A model generated the notes under the pieces. The model saw nothing but the letters and a program-made list of their open reading frames with translations. It ran no database searches and was not told the origin of the DNA. Positions 36,308 through 46,467 of a stretch of DNA of 64,000 nucleotides are shown in pieces (the first letter of the stretch is position 1; the number at the start of each line of letters is the position of its first letter). The translations under genes and the position numbers were made by a program. This stretch comes from an uncultured Spirochaetales bacterium (GTDB lineage: Bacteria > Spirochaetota > Spirochaetia > SZUA-6), in assembly GCA_964596425.1 (NCBI GenBank), contig CAZQTC010000023.1:69367-133366 (forward strand), in the 5' to 3' direction.

Positions 36308-37671
36308 AGTAGCGACTCCTTGATTGCACTGTAGAGGTAGTCGATTCCCTGCTCTGTATTAAGCTCCGTGGTGTTAAAGAGGTAGAGGGATTCTTCCTCT
36401 GAATTTTTTATGGTAGAGTTCTCTTTTAAATAGGGAAAAGTAGAGATTTCCAAGGGGCCCAGGTAACTGTTTCTCTCCAGCCTTTCGGTTAGCTTTTTCC
36501 TATCGAGAGGAATTTTCAGGAGAAACTCGTGAAAGAACGGGGTATTGGGATATACTGGCTCGACATTTTTTAGTTCTATGAGTGCTCTGTAGAGCCTGTG
36601 AGCATTTTTTATAGAGAGCAAAGCGGCACTTCGTAGTCCGGTTACTCCCATTAGGCTCATATATACAACCGCACGTATGGCCATTAGGGCATGGTTTGAA
36701 CATATATTTGAGGTGGCTCGCTCTCTTCTTATGTGTTGTTCTCTGGCAGATAGGGTCATTGTGTATGCCCTTTTGCCGTTGGAATCTTTTGTTACACCGA
36801 CTAGGCGTCCTGGAATTGTGTGTAGGTACTCGTTGGAACAGGTAATGAACCCAAGGTATGGTCCTCCCGCAGATAGTGGAATCCCAAGCGACTGGGCTTC
36901 ACCACAGCATATGTCAGCACCATGGTCCGAGGGTTTCTTTAACACGGGTAGAGATAGGGCCTCGTTCGTTACATAGATTAACGAAGCCTCGGGAAAGATT
37001 TCTTTCACTTTGCCCGGTTCCTCGATGTTTCCATAAAAATTAGGGCTTTGAATTACTATCGAGGAAATATCGTCTTTGACTGTGTCCTTTAATCCTTCGA
37101 TATTGGTAAGTCCACGAGTTAGAGGAATGGTGTGGACTGTTATTCCAGTATGTCGAATATAGGTATTGATCACCTGGAGATACTCGGGGTGAATTCCTTC
37201 GGAAATCAACACGGTGCTTTTCTTATTGTGTCGCCACGCCATAAGGATGGATTCGGCCGTAGCGGAAGCACCGTCGTACATCGAAGCGTTTGATACGGGC
37301 AGTCCTGTGAGTTCACTCATCATTGTTTGGTATTCAAAGATTGCCTGGAGACTTCCCTGGCTCACCTCAGGCTGGTATGGCGTGTAGGCTGTGTAAAACT
37401 CTGCTCTGGATGTAATCTCATCAACGGCGGCAGGGATAAAGTGTTTATAAGCGCCTGCCCCTCTAAAGATCTCTCTGTAGGTCTTTATGCTCCCTTTTAT
37501 TTCTTCTGAGAGTTTTACTAGTTCCGATTCGGGATAAGGCCCCTTAATTTTAAGTGGACGTTTTAATTGAATCTCCTCGGGTATCGATGTAAATAGCTCA
37601 TCGATATTGCTCATTCCGAGGAAGGAGAGCATTTTCTCTATATCATTTTTGGAATGGTTGAAATATGACAT
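36304..37671 (-). CDS. gcvPA: Glycine dehydrogenase (decarboxylating) subunit 1.
   Basis: A GcvP N-terminal-half homologue. The gene order gcvT-H-PA-PB is conserved. Confidence 0.9.
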   Translation of the reverse strand: MSYFNHSKNDIEKMLSFLGMSNIDELFTSIPEEIQLKRPLKIKGPYPESELVKLSEEIKGSIKTYREIFRGAGAYKHFIPAAVDEITSRAEFYTAYTPYQPEVSQGSLQAIFEYQTMMSELTGLPVSNASMYDGASATAESILMAWRHNKKSTVLISEGIHPEYLQVINTYIRHTGITVHTIPLTRGLTNIEGLKDTVKDDISSIVIQSPNFYGNIEEPGKVKEIFPEASLIYVTNEALSLPVLKKPSDHGADICCGEAQSLGIPLSAGGPYLGFITCSNEYLHTIPGRLVGVTKDSNGKRAYTMTLSAREQHIRRERATSNICSNHALMAIRAVVYMSLMGVTGLRSAALLSIKNAHRLYRALIELKNVEPVYPNTPFFHEFLLKIPLDRKKLTERLERNSYLGPLEISTFPYLKENSTIKNSEEESLYLFNTTELNTEQGIDYLYSAIKESLL

Positions 37672-38051
37672 TACTCTTCCTCTATCATTTTTTTGTATTC
37701 ATCCTCACTCATAAGTTCATCCAACTCTTCTGGGTTACTCATCTCTATTACAAATATCCATCCCTCCCCCAATGGATCGGAGTTTATAATTTCACAGTTC
37801 TCCTCATTTCTCAGTTTTTCGTTGACCTCGACAATCTTTCCAGACACCGGTGCATATATTTCACTGGATGATTTTAGTGAATCTATGGAACACACGGCAT
37901 CACCCTTTGTTACCGTTGTGCCTATCTCCGGAAGTTCTACATATGCAATGTCTCCCAGCTCGCTTTGGGCGAAATCTGAAATTCCTACTCGAACATTGTT
38001 CCCCTCTCTTAACGCCCATTCGTGGTCTTTTGTGTAAAGGTACTCTGACAT
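37671..38051 (-). CDS. gcvH: Glycine cleavage system H protein.
   Basis: Lipoyl-attachment motif 'ESLKSSSEIYAPVSG' (the K in ESVK-like context) in a 126-aa protein. Confidence 0.9.
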   Translation of the reverse strand: MSEYLYTKDHEWALREGNNVRVGISDFAQSELGDIAYVELPEIGTTVTKGDAVCSIDSLKSSSEIYAPVSGKIVEVNEKLRNEENCEIINSDPLGEGWIFVIEMSNPEELDELMSEDEYKKMIEEE

Positions 38052-38086
38052 TGGATTCCTCCTAATTGTTAACCGTTTTTTTATTA

Positions 38087-39184
38087 CTATCCCTCTCGCT
38101 TGTAAAAGGGAAGCTTTACTATCTCTGCCTCTATTTTTTTTGAACCATGTATTATATATAGCATATTTCCTATATTTGTAAAATCGCTTTTTACGTATCC
38201 CATACCAATTGTTTTGTGAAGATACGGCCCAACCGTGGAACTGGTTACAATACCTATTTCATTGCCGTCGGTTGAAAGGATTTTATCTCCGTGTCTGGGG
38301 ATTCCTGACGATAGGGTGGAAAAACCAATTAGGGAAATTTCCGTTCCCTTTTCTTTTTGCTCCAGGAGAATTTTTTTTGCTATGTAATCGGTATCTCCTT
38401 TTTCCTTCACTGCCCAGTGTAAACCAGCCTCTATTGGTGTGTGTTGTTCATCTATGTCGTTCCCGTAGAGCATGTAGGAGGCTTCTATTCTTAATGTATC
38501 TCGTGCTCCCAGACCGCATGGGGTTAATTTGCCCTCGGAGTTTGATAGTAATGTTCTCCATACCTGAGCAACAGAGGTATTTGGCATTATTAATTCGAAA
38601 CCATCCTCACCCGTATAACCTGTGCGTGAGAAAATTATGGATGTATTATTAATTTCAATCTCTTTGAAGAAGAAGTGTTTTGGTAGTTCTTTTATCATTG
38701 GAAAAGCTTGGCCTAAAATTCTTTCGGCTAGAGGTCCCTGGAGGGCTATCATAGCTGTTTCGTCCGATATATTTTTGATTTCCAACTGTTTAAACCTCTT
38801 GGCGTGGGTTAGTATCCAGTTATAATCCTTATCTATATTCGATGCATTGACTACAAGGAGGAATTTTTCATTATTGTACTTTAAGGCTATCAAGTCATCT
38901 ATTATACCCCCGTTCTCCCTGCACATCAGGGTATAAAAGGCCTGCTTTTCCTTTATTCGTGCTGCATCATTTGTGCCTATATATTGGAGGAAATCTAGTG
39001 CCTCTTCCCCCTCTACTATAATTTCACCCATGTGAGATACATCAAAAATTCCCGCCTTTTCTCTGACAGCGTTATGTTCGCTCTTTATTGAGGTGTATAA
39101 AACGGGGAGTGAAAAACCTGCAAAATCAACGATTTTCGCTTTAAGTTTTACGTGTTCGTCAAACAGGGGAGTTTTTTTTCCCAT
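38087..39184 (-). CDS. gcvT: Aminomethyltransferase (glycine cleavage T protein).
   Basis: GcvT family. First gene of the gcv operon. Confidence 0.88.
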   Translation of the reverse strand: MGKKTPLFDEHVKLKAKIVDFAGFSLPVLYTSIKSEHNAVREKAGIFDVSHMGEIIVEGEEALDFLQYIGTNDAARIKEKQAFYTLMCRENGGIIDDLIALKYNNEKFLLVVNASNIDKDYNWILTHAKRFKQLEIKNISDETAMIALQGPLAERILGQAFPMIKELPKHFFFKEIEINNTSIIFSRTGYTGEDGFELIMPNTSVAQVWRTLLSNSEGKLTPCGLGARDTLRIEASYMLYGNDIDEQHTPIEAGLHWAVKEKGDTDYIAKKILLEQKEKGTEISLIGFSTLSSGIPRHGDKILSTDGNEIGIVTSSTVGPYLHKTIGMGYVKSDFTNIGNMLYIIHGSKKIEAEIVKLPFYKREG

Positions 39185-39226
39185 ATAAACTCCTTTTTCT
39201 TTTTAAGTTAATTTGGAGTTAAATAT

Positions 39227-41722
39227 TTAATCCAGTAGGGGATTGGTTCCGCTACCAGATGTTTTTTCTTTTTTAGTTGGTGTTTGCTGAATCGGTACAT
39301 TAAGATTGAACATGGAGTTTGGAATTACATTATTGATGGGTGTTTCATCTGGCAAAATGGCATTTCTTATGTTATTTTCCACTGTCTGTTTCATCTTGGC
39401 CTCGTACTTACATAGGGTACAGAATTTTTTGGGCTCTGTTCCTGCTAAGAATATCTCTTTTCTGGTTTTTTTGCAGTATTCGGTTGGAAGAAGCCCTGAT
39501 TTTGCACAGACCGTAACCTCCCTAAGACCCGTATCAGGTTTTATAAAATCTTTGATTGGTAGGTTCTTGTGAACCTCTTTCATGAATCTACACCACACTG
39601 GACCCGCTGAGACAGCTCCTGAGAGGTGAACACCCAATGAATGTCCCCTTTCATCAAAGCCGAACCAAATAGCGGTTGTTATCTGGGGGGTGAATCCTAC
39701 CGTCCATGCATCCGACCAGTTTTGAGTTGTTCCGGTTTTACCAGCTATTGGTCTTTTAAATCCCCCGACGGTCGATGCTGCCCATCTCAAGGTTCCTGTT
39801 TTTATCGTGGATTCAAGGAGACTCGTCATGATGTATGCTGTTTGGGGAGACATAATTTGCATTGCCTTCCCCTTTTTCTTCTGTTTTAATCGAAGTTCTT
39901 TTTCTGGCTCGAGAATTATTTTGCCGTTTCTATCCTCTACATATCTTATTGCGATAGGATCTACCTCCCGGCCCTGATTGGGAAAGGTTGCGTATGCCCT
40001 GGCCATTTGGAGGGGTGATACGGTTATAACACCTAAACCGAGGGGGAATTTTCTTGGGAAGACTCTCTCTATCTCCTTGGGGTCTGTTATCCCGAGCATC
40101 TTACTTGCTCTTGATATTGCTGCGTCAAAGCCAATTGCTGCAAGTATCTTTAGAGATGGAACATTCATTGAGTGAGCCAGTGCATCGCGGAGTAGCACTC
40201 TCCCCTTCCATTCTCCCTTGTAATTTAGAGGAGTATATGGAGTTCCGTCGTCGTTCCAGAATACCACCGGGGCATCTACTATCATGGTTGCCGGAGTAAA
40301 CTTCCGCGAGGAGATGGCGGCAGAGTAGTATAGAGGTTTAAAGGCCGATCCTGGTTGAACTTTGGAATTAACCGCTCTGTTAAATTGATTGTTACTCTCG
40401 AACTTTCTTCCTCCGACCATTGCATATATATAGCCCTTTGTTGAGTCTATGGCTATTAAGGCACCCTCTACCTGAGTCTTTTGTGCTATTTTCTCTTTTT
40501 CTTTATATGCCACTTTTGTTACATAGCGCATATCTCTCAGATTGAACATATCGGCTACTATGTCGACTATGGGGTTTAGTTCTTTTAGGTACTCCAATTT
40601 GGCGAGACGTTGTTGCCTTCTCCCCGCTACCCTCAGATCTCCTATGTTAAAGGTAAGGGATAGGAGATCCACGACATCGAGAAAGGTTTTATCGGCATAT
40701 TTTAGTCTGTGGGATGTCTCAAGTTGGTATTGAGCGTTGATTCTCCTTATCCCGTTTCGCATTATCCTATCGGCTATTTTCTGATAATCGAGGTTTAGGG
40801 TTGTATGTACGATTAATCCTGCCTTATAGACGTCAACAGAGCCGAGAAGCATATCCTCGAGCCGTTGGCGTACATATTCGGTGAAGTAGGGAGCCTTGTC
40901 TTCCCGTTCGAAGTATGCAGTGGTGGTATTTGCTCTCGTGTAATCGTAGTTTTCCCAGTACTGTTCGAAGGACAGATCTGCCTCTTCTTTGGTTAAGTAT
41001 CCCAACTGAACCATCTGGTTGAGGATTTCCCTCTGCATTTTTTTTGCCCGGTTGGGATGATTTATTGGAGAATAGTAACCGGGCCTGGCTAGTTGGATAA
41101 CGAGAATAGCGGCCTCTGCGGGTGTTATGTCTCTCACCGAATGTTTGAAATAAAATTGTGAGGCAGCCTCTACCCCGTAGGTGTTATGGCCGAAGTACAT
41201 CTGGTTTAGGTACATTTCGAGGATTTCGTCCTTGGAAAAATGTTTCTCCAGCTGCAGGGCCCACCAAAGTTCGACTATTTTTCTCCTTAGAGAAATATCG
41301 GTTCTATCCGCGAATAGGGTTCCTGCCAACTGCTGGGTGATTGTGCTTCCCCCTTGAAAAAATTGACCCGTTGCTATATGCCACGCAGCCTTCAACATAT
41401 CAAGTATTCTAAAACCGTGATGTTCATAAAAATGTCTGTCTTCTCTGGTTAAAAGCGCGTCTATTAGACATTTTGGTATTTCATCAATAGGCACAATTTC
41501 TCTTTTCTCTGTTGAAAAGAGCTCGGTGATGAGTCTTCCCTTGATATCCAGTATCTGGGTCGGGAGAGCAGGCTTTTTGTTTTTAAAGGCCTCGTTCATG
41601 TCAATGTTTTTGGTAGCGGCGATTGCAACTCCTACCGCTGCACCTATAAGGATCGCGAAAAACATTAGTATTCCCAGGAGGATTCCTGGTAGATATTCTC
41701 TGAAGCGTTTTCTCGATTTCAT
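39227..41722 (-). CDS. mrcA: Penicillin-binding protein 1A (bifunctional transglycosylase/transpeptidase).
   Basis: GT51 'EDRHFYEHHGF'. Transpeptidase SxxK 'SAFKP', SxN 'SMN' and 'KTGT' motifs. N-terminal TM. Confidence 0.88.
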   Translation of the reverse strand: MKSRKRFREYLPGILLGILMFFAILIGAAVGVAIAATKNIDMNEAFKNKKPALPTQILDIKGRLITELFSTEKREIVPIDEIPKCLIDALLTREDRHFYEHHGFRILDMLKAAWHIATGQFFQGGSTITQQLAGTLFADRTDISLRRKIVELWWALQLEKHFSKDEILEMYLNQMYFGHNTYGVEAASQFYFKHSVRDITPAEAAILVIQLARPGYYSPINHPNRAKKMQREILNQMVQLGYLTKEEADLSFEQYWENYDYTRANTTTAYFEREDKAPYFTEYVRQRLEDMLLGSVDVYKAGLIVHTTLNLDYQKIADRIMRNGIRRINAQYQLETSHRLKYADKTFLDVVDLLSLTFNIGDLRVAGRRQQRLAKLEYLKELNPIVDIVADMFNLRDMRYVTKVAYKEKEKIAQKTQVEGALIAIDSTKGYIYAMVGGRKFESNNQFNRAVNSKVQPGSAFKPLYYSAAISSRKFTPATMIVDAPVVFWNDDGTPYTPLNYKGEWKGRVLLRDALAHSMNVPSLKILAAIGFDAAISRASKMLGITDPKEIERVFPRKFPLGLGVITVSPLQMARAYATFPNQGREVDPIAIRYVEDRNGKIILEPEKELRLKQKKKGKAMQIMSPQTAYIMTSLLESTIKTGTLRWAASTVGGFKRPIAGKTGTTQNWSDAWTVGFTPQITTAIWFGFDERGHSLGVHLSGAVSAGPVWCRFMKEVHKNLPIKDFIKPDTGLREVTVCAKSGLLPTEYCKKTRKEIFLAGTEPKKFCTLCKYEAKMKQTVENNIRNAILPDETPINNVIPNSMFNLNVPIQQTPTKKEKTSGSGTNPLLD

Positions 41723-41868
41723 TAAAACAAATTAAGTGTTTTTTGTAGGGATTTGTCAAGGGTTAGGATGGTAATAAATTATACAATATGATGAACAAAA
41801 AGTATTGTTTAGTAAACAAATGTGAGAATATTGAGTGTGGAATATATATATAAGGTATATTATAAAAG

Positions 41869-41892
41869 AGGCCAGTTCTTGCGAACTGGCCT
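41869..41892 (-). terminator. Rho-independent terminator hairpin for the gene at 41996..42991.
   Basis: Perfect 10-bp stem aggccagttc / gaactggcct with a 4-nt loop. On the minus strand it is followed by CTTTTATAAT. Confidence 0.6.
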
Positions 41893-41995
41893 ACCCGTTT
41901 GGGTGTCGGTTAATATAGTAAACTGGGAGGGGAACTATATTAAGGTACCGACACCTTTATTATCGTCTTTACGTTTAAAAAGTTTAGTCTCATTA

Positions 41996-42991
41996 TCAAT
42001 ATTCCTTTAAAAGTATATCAAAAATTAACGAAACAATATAGTGTTTATTTTTTTTTACGGTTAATTTTCTTGTAATACTGTAATCCTCTATCTTTATCCT
42101 GATTATGTGGTTTCCTGGTTTGAGATTTATCCTTCTTTTTTCGGGTGGAAGTTTGTTTCCGTCAACATATATAACCGCATTTTCCGGGGTTTCGAATTTA
42201 ACGGGGGAAGAGTTCTGCCTCAGTTTTATAGTTGCTATTGTAGTCTTGCCGGGTTCAATTGTTACAATAGAATTTGTAGGTTCGTATTGATCGGATTGAA
42301 TTTGAATTTGATGTATCCCAACCTGTAGTTTGATTCTATCCAATACTTTTGAATACTCCTTGCCGTCAATGAAAATTTTATATTCACCTTTTGTTTCGGA
42401 TTCTGGTTTTTCTATTTGAAGTTTTAAAAATCCTACATTTTCGATCTGCGGTGTTATGGAAAAGACGAAGGAATGATTAAATATATAATCAGGAATTCCC
42501 TTCATAAGAGGCTGTACGGTTATGAGGATTGGAAAGTCTTCTTTTTTTATCTCTGATAGTACATATTCCCCATCGTGTTTATTGTTCTTTAAAACTTCCC
42601 TCACCTGTTTTTTAACTGGAATTTCCAGGTATATCCTGTTGAGGTATGGAAGGAAAACTGAGAATACTTTTTTGCCGTAGAATACTCGTCTACCCTTAGT
42701 TGGTGGTGGTGTTATTCTCTTAAATACCTGTAATACAAAACTATCCGAATACTTTTTTAATACATTGGGGACAAAGATTGAGATCTTTATGTTTTTAAGT
42801 AATTCTGTTTCTCCTTTGATGTTAAGGGAGAGTGACTCTTCGAGGTGAATCTTTCCCTCTTTCGTGATTTGATTTCCAACTGACAGTACTATTCTATCCG
42901 ATACGAGGGTTAATATTCGTTCAGCGTATACTCTGGGGAAACCAAAGAGAAAAATTATTAGTGTGGCGTAGATACCAAGGGATTTTTTCAT
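41996..42991 (-). CDS. Hypothetical secreted protein.
   Basis: Signal peptide 'LGIYATLIIFLFGFPRVYA'. Confidence 0.45.
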   Translation of the reverse strand: MKKSLGIYATLIIFLFGFPRVYAERILTLVSDRIVLSVGNQITKEGKIHLEESLSLNIKGETELLKNIKISIFVPNVLKKYSDSFVLQVFKRITPPPTKGRRVFYGKKVFSVFLPYLNRIYLEIPVKKQVREVLKNNKHDGEYVLSEIKKEDFPILITVQPLMKGIPDYIFNHSFVFSITPQIENVGFLKLQIEKPESETKGEYKIFIDGKEYSKVLDRIKLQVGIHQIQIQSDQYEPTNSIVTIEPGKTTIATIKLRQNSSPVKFETPENAVIYVDGNKLPPEKRRINLKPGNHIIRIKIEDYSITRKLTVKKNKHYIVSLIFDILLKEY

Positions 42992-43935
42992 CTCTTTCTT
43001 TTTACTCCCAGAAGTAGCGGAATAGGATTGGTTGGTTGCCCCTTTCTTCTTATTTCGAAGTGTAGATGAGGTCCCGTTGCCATTCCTGTCATTCCTACTT
43101 TCCCGATTATCATACCTGAAGATACATAATTGTGCAATCTCACGTCAATTTCACTTAAATGTCCATATATAGTTTCATATCCACCCGAGTGTTCTATTAT
43201 TATGTGTTTTCCATATATAGAATTATAACCCGTATATATGACTCTTCCATCCCTCGCTGCCATAACTGGAGTACCTATAGGGGCTGCTATGTCTATGCCG
43301 CTGTGAAACTCTTCGTGGCCTGTAAAAGGATTTATCCGCTTTCCATAACCGGAACTTATTACCCCTTTGGGAAGAGGAAATCTAAACAGTATTCTGAGAA
43401 AATATGCGCGTTCGATGGGGTGAAATCTATCATCCATGTAGAAGTAAAATTTAACCCTTCCCTTTGGGGTTTTTAGAGTAATAAGTAGATCCTCTTTTCT
43501 CTTATTCCTTCTCCAGGAGAGCATAATTATTTCGAGGGTTGATCTGGGTTTTACAGGAACAAAAATTCCTGGAAGGGTTGGTATGTAAAGTATTTTTCTG
43601 TCTTTTATCTCTCCTGGGTTGTTGATACGGTTGAGGGAGGAGATAGTATCATAAGGCAAATTAGCCTTTGCTGCTATGACAAAGAGATCGTCTCCCTTTT
43701 TTATCCTGTACTCGTATATAGAAATGTGTGTTGGTTTACCTCTGGTTGTGCGTTTGCTTTTCCACCTGTAGAATTGGCTCAGGCTCTCCTGAAGTTGAAC
43801 AAATAGAGGGTCGCGCCTGGAGAAGGAGCGAATCCGGGGGTATTGGGGGTAGGTGGATATCAGTGGGAAGAGGGTAAGTAATTCTATAATTAGAAGGATC
43901 TTCTTGGTTTTTCCGAGTGTAGGCTCTATGAGCAA
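42988..43935 (-). CDS. LysM-domain M23 family metallopeptidase.
   Basis: LysM 'YRIKKGDDLFVIAAKANLPYDTISSLNRIN' and M23 'HSGIDIAAP...GPHLHFEI'. Confidence 0.85.
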   Translation of the reverse strand: MLIEPTLGKTKKILLIIELLTLFPLISTYPQYPRIRSFSRRDPLFVQLQESLSQFYRWKSKRTTRGKPTHISIYEYRIKKGDDLFVIAAKANLPYDTISSLNRINNPGEIKDRKILYIPTLPGIFVPVKPRSTLEIIMLSWRRNKRKEDLLITLKTPKGRVKFYFYMDDRFHPIERAYFLRILFRFPLPKGVISSGYGKRINPFTGHEEFHSGIDIAAPIGTPVMAARDGRVIYTGYNSIYGKHIIIEHSGGYETIYGHLSEIDVRLHNYVSSGMIIGKVGMTGMATGPHLHFEIRRKGQPTNPIPLLLGVKRKR

Positions 43936-43936
43936 T

Positions 43937-45007
43937 TTAGTACTCTTTTAATTCCTCCTCTCCTGCAAGGTATCTGGCTCCTGCCTCTGCAAGAGAGAGC
44001 ATCTCATTTTCACCTGGATATCTTTTGATTGGGGCAATCCACTCTGTTCTATCCGTTATCCAATCGGTTAGCGGTGGATGTGCAAATCCTCCGGTCAGAA
44101 GTATTGCATCAACATCTCCGTAGAGTACGGTAGACATTGCTCCGATCTCCTTTGCGATTTGGTAAGCCATGGCCATTAGAACCTCTTTTGCTTTTTCGTC
44201 CCCATTTTCTATTCTGTTTACTATCTCTATTCCATTATCGGTTCCCAAGTAGCCCAGTAGACCTGATTTTTTGGTAAGAATATAGTTTAGCTCTTTGGCC
44301 GATTTATACTGACCGGAAAAGCATAGTTCTACAAGTTGTGTAGTCGGAAGGGAACCGGTACGTTGAGGAGAGAATGGACCTCCGTCATTTGCGTTGTTTA
44401 CATCTACTATTTTACCTTTTTTAAGTGGAGCTACAGAGATTCCTCCTCCCAGGTGTACTACGATCAGGTTGAGTTCTTCTATGGTGGTATTAAGCTCTCT
44501 TGCATATTTTCGTGCCACGGCTCTTATGTTTAGTGCGTGTGATTGACATCTTCTCTCCATACCGGGGAGTCCGGAATATCTTGCAAGGGGTTCAAATTCG
44601 TCAACACCCACGGGATCAGTTATAAATGCAGGGCAATTGAACTGTTTTGCAAGTATGTCGGCTATCAGTGCTCCTAGATTGGATGCATGAGTCCCATATC
44701 GTGCCGTTCTTAAATCTTCTTTCATCTTTTCATTTATCTTGTAGCTTCCTGCAGGAATGGGTCTTACAAGTCCGCCTCTTCCAACAATTGCCGATAGAAT
44801 TTGGATATTGTTTTTCTTTAGAAAATTCATTACTGCCTCTGTTCTAAATCCCAATTGCTCCACGGGATCTTTCATTTTTTCCAGTTCTTCTGGGGGGTGT
44901 TTTATATTTTCCTTTAAGTGCTCTGTAAGTTTTCCTTTGTCCGAATAGGTGTAAATTGCCACTTTTGTCGAAGTGGAACCAGGGTTAACTACCAGTATAT
45001 TTTTCAT
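43937..45007 (-). CDS. buk: Butyrate kinase.
   Basis: 'ILVVNPGSTSTKVAIY' N-terminus of the acetate/butyrate kinase family. A 356-aa protein adjacent to ptb. Confidence 0.85.
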   Translation of the reverse strand: MKNILVVNPGSTSTKVAIYTYSDKGKLTEHLKENIKHPPEELEKMKDPVEQLGFRTEAVMNFLKKNNIQILSAIVGRGGLVRPIPAGSYKINEKMKEDLRTARYGTHASNLGALIADILAKQFNCPAFITDPVGVDEFEPLARYSGLPGMERRCQSHALNIRAVARKYARELNTTIEELNLIVVHLGGGISVAPLKKGKIVDVNNANDGGPFSPQRTGSLPTTQLVELCFSGQYKSAKELNYILTKKSGLLGYLGTDNGIEIVNRIENGDEKAKEVLMAMAYQIAKEIGAMSTVLYGDVDAILLTGGFAHPPLTDWITDRTEWIAPIKRYPGENEMLSLAEAGARYLAGEEELKEY

Positions 45008-45063
45008 GCAAAGCCTCCTTTTTGATTTGCATTTTATGCTAGTAGGTATCTCCGGGGTTAAAA

Positions 45064-45951
45064 TTAAGAAGAGACAACACCTAACAGTATGGAGTTGAAT
45101 TTCTCTCTACTGGAGTCGGAACGGGACAAAAGAATGATGGGTACTGTGGCTCCTATTACGATTCCCCCGGATGGAAATTGGGCTAGATAGATAAGTGCCT
45201 TTCCGAGTACGTTTCCACTCACAATATCTGGAACTACCAGGATGTCTGCATCACCTGTAACCTTTGAATGAACATCCTTTAATTCGCACGCCTTCTGACT
45301 TACTGCCAGGTCCAAAGCTAATGGCCCCTCCACGACGGCTCCCTTTATCTGTTCTCTCTTTCCCATCAGGTCTAATGCTGAGGCATCCAGAGTTGAGGGT
45401 ATAGCCGGATTTACTACCTCTACGGCGGATAGAATAGCCACTTTGGGTTTTTCTATCCCAAGTTTATGAAATAGGAAGATGGCATTTTTTACTATTTCAA
45501 TTTTTTCCTTTAGGCTAGGGTTAATGTTGAGCCCTCCGTCTGTAATTCCCAGAAAAGAGCCATCGGGCTTTTCTACGATCGCTATATGGGATAGTAGTCC
45601 CTGCCCTTTTAGACCATATTCGGAGTTAAGGATCTCTTTCATCAGGGTTGACGTAGATATATGGCCCTTCATTAGGCAGGAAGCCTGTTTTTGCTTTACT
45701 GCCTGGATTGCGGATAGAACCGCTTCTCTTTCCGTTGAGGCTCTTAATAGTTCAAACTTTTCTATTCCGTGTTTTTGGGTTTGTTCCTTTATGATTTTTT
45801 CGTTTCCGATTAGAAGGAACTTGCATATACCAGAGTCCGTGGCTTCTTTGAGTGCTTTGTATATCTCGTCTTTTACAGGGTTTACAACTGCTACTGTAAC
45901 AGCTTGTTGTGATTTGACCTTTTGAAGGAGTGTTTTAAATGACATTTTCAT
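45064..45951 (-). CDS. ptb: Phosphate butyryltransferase / phosphotransacylase.
   Basis: A 295-aa PTA_PTB-family protein immediately upstream of buk. Confidence 0.8.
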   Translation of the reverse strand: MKMSFKTLLQKVKSQQAVTVAVVNPVKDEIYKALKEATDSGICKFLLIGNEKIIKEQTQKHGIEKFELLRASTEREAVLSAIQAVKQKQASCLMKGHISTSTLMKEILNSEYGLKGQGLLSHIAIVEKPDGSFLGITDGGLNINPSLKEKIEIVKNAIFLFHKLGIEKPKVAILSAVEVVNPAIPSTLDASALDLMGKREQIKGAVVEGPLALDLAVSQKACELKDVHSKVTGDADILVVPDIVSGNVLGKALIYLAQFPSGGIVIGATVPIILLSRSDSSREKFNSILLGVVSS

Positions 45952-46388
45952 TCTCCTTTATCCTTTTTATTTACGGGATAGGCATATTTGAAATAACCAA
46001 ATAGGAGTAACGAAACAATTGTAAGGGTTATTCCTGATATGTATCTCCCGCTTACGTAGAGTAGAAGTATTATATAGAGGGTAAGAATTGCTAGGGTATA
46101 TTTTAGTACGCGCTTTATAGAGGAGATAACTAGGGTGAAGAGATTTTTCTTTGAATTTTTTATTTTTATGGTCATCAGAGATGCGATCCCTACTATTAGT
46201 GTTACTAGAAAGACGTAATTAAAGGCTACCCTATTTTTTACGGCGAGATACCAGAAGGGTGAGATCATGAGAGCGCATACAATTGTTATAGTGAAAAGTG
46301 TAAATATTAGATAACCTACTTTAAGAATGATGTTTAGATAGCCGTTTACTATCGATTTAATTAGGTGGTGTCTTTTAATATCTGGCAC
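45948..46388 (-). CDS. Hypothetical integral membrane protein.
   Basis: Four predicted TM helices. Overlaps the ptb start. Confidence 0.45.
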   Translation of the reverse strand: MPDIKRHHLIKSIVNGYLNIILKVGYLIFTLFTITIVCALMISPFWYLAVKNRVAFNYVFLVTLIVGIASLMTIKIKNSKKNLFTLVISSIKRVLKYTLAILTLYIILLLYVSGRYISGITLTIVSLLLFGYFKYAYPVNKKDKGE

Positions 46389-46467
46389 ATTTAGAAGTTT
46401 ATTCTATTAATAGTTGCATTGTCAATTTAATTTGACAAAGGGGTTTCTTTCATTCTATTTTAGGGAC

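Noticed and set aside
39185-39226. I looked for a glycine riboswitch upstream of gcvT.
   Set aside because: Only 42 bp separate gcvT from the upstream PBP1A gene. That is too short for a tandem glycine aptamer, and no GGAGAG...CACCG-type aptamer core is visible.
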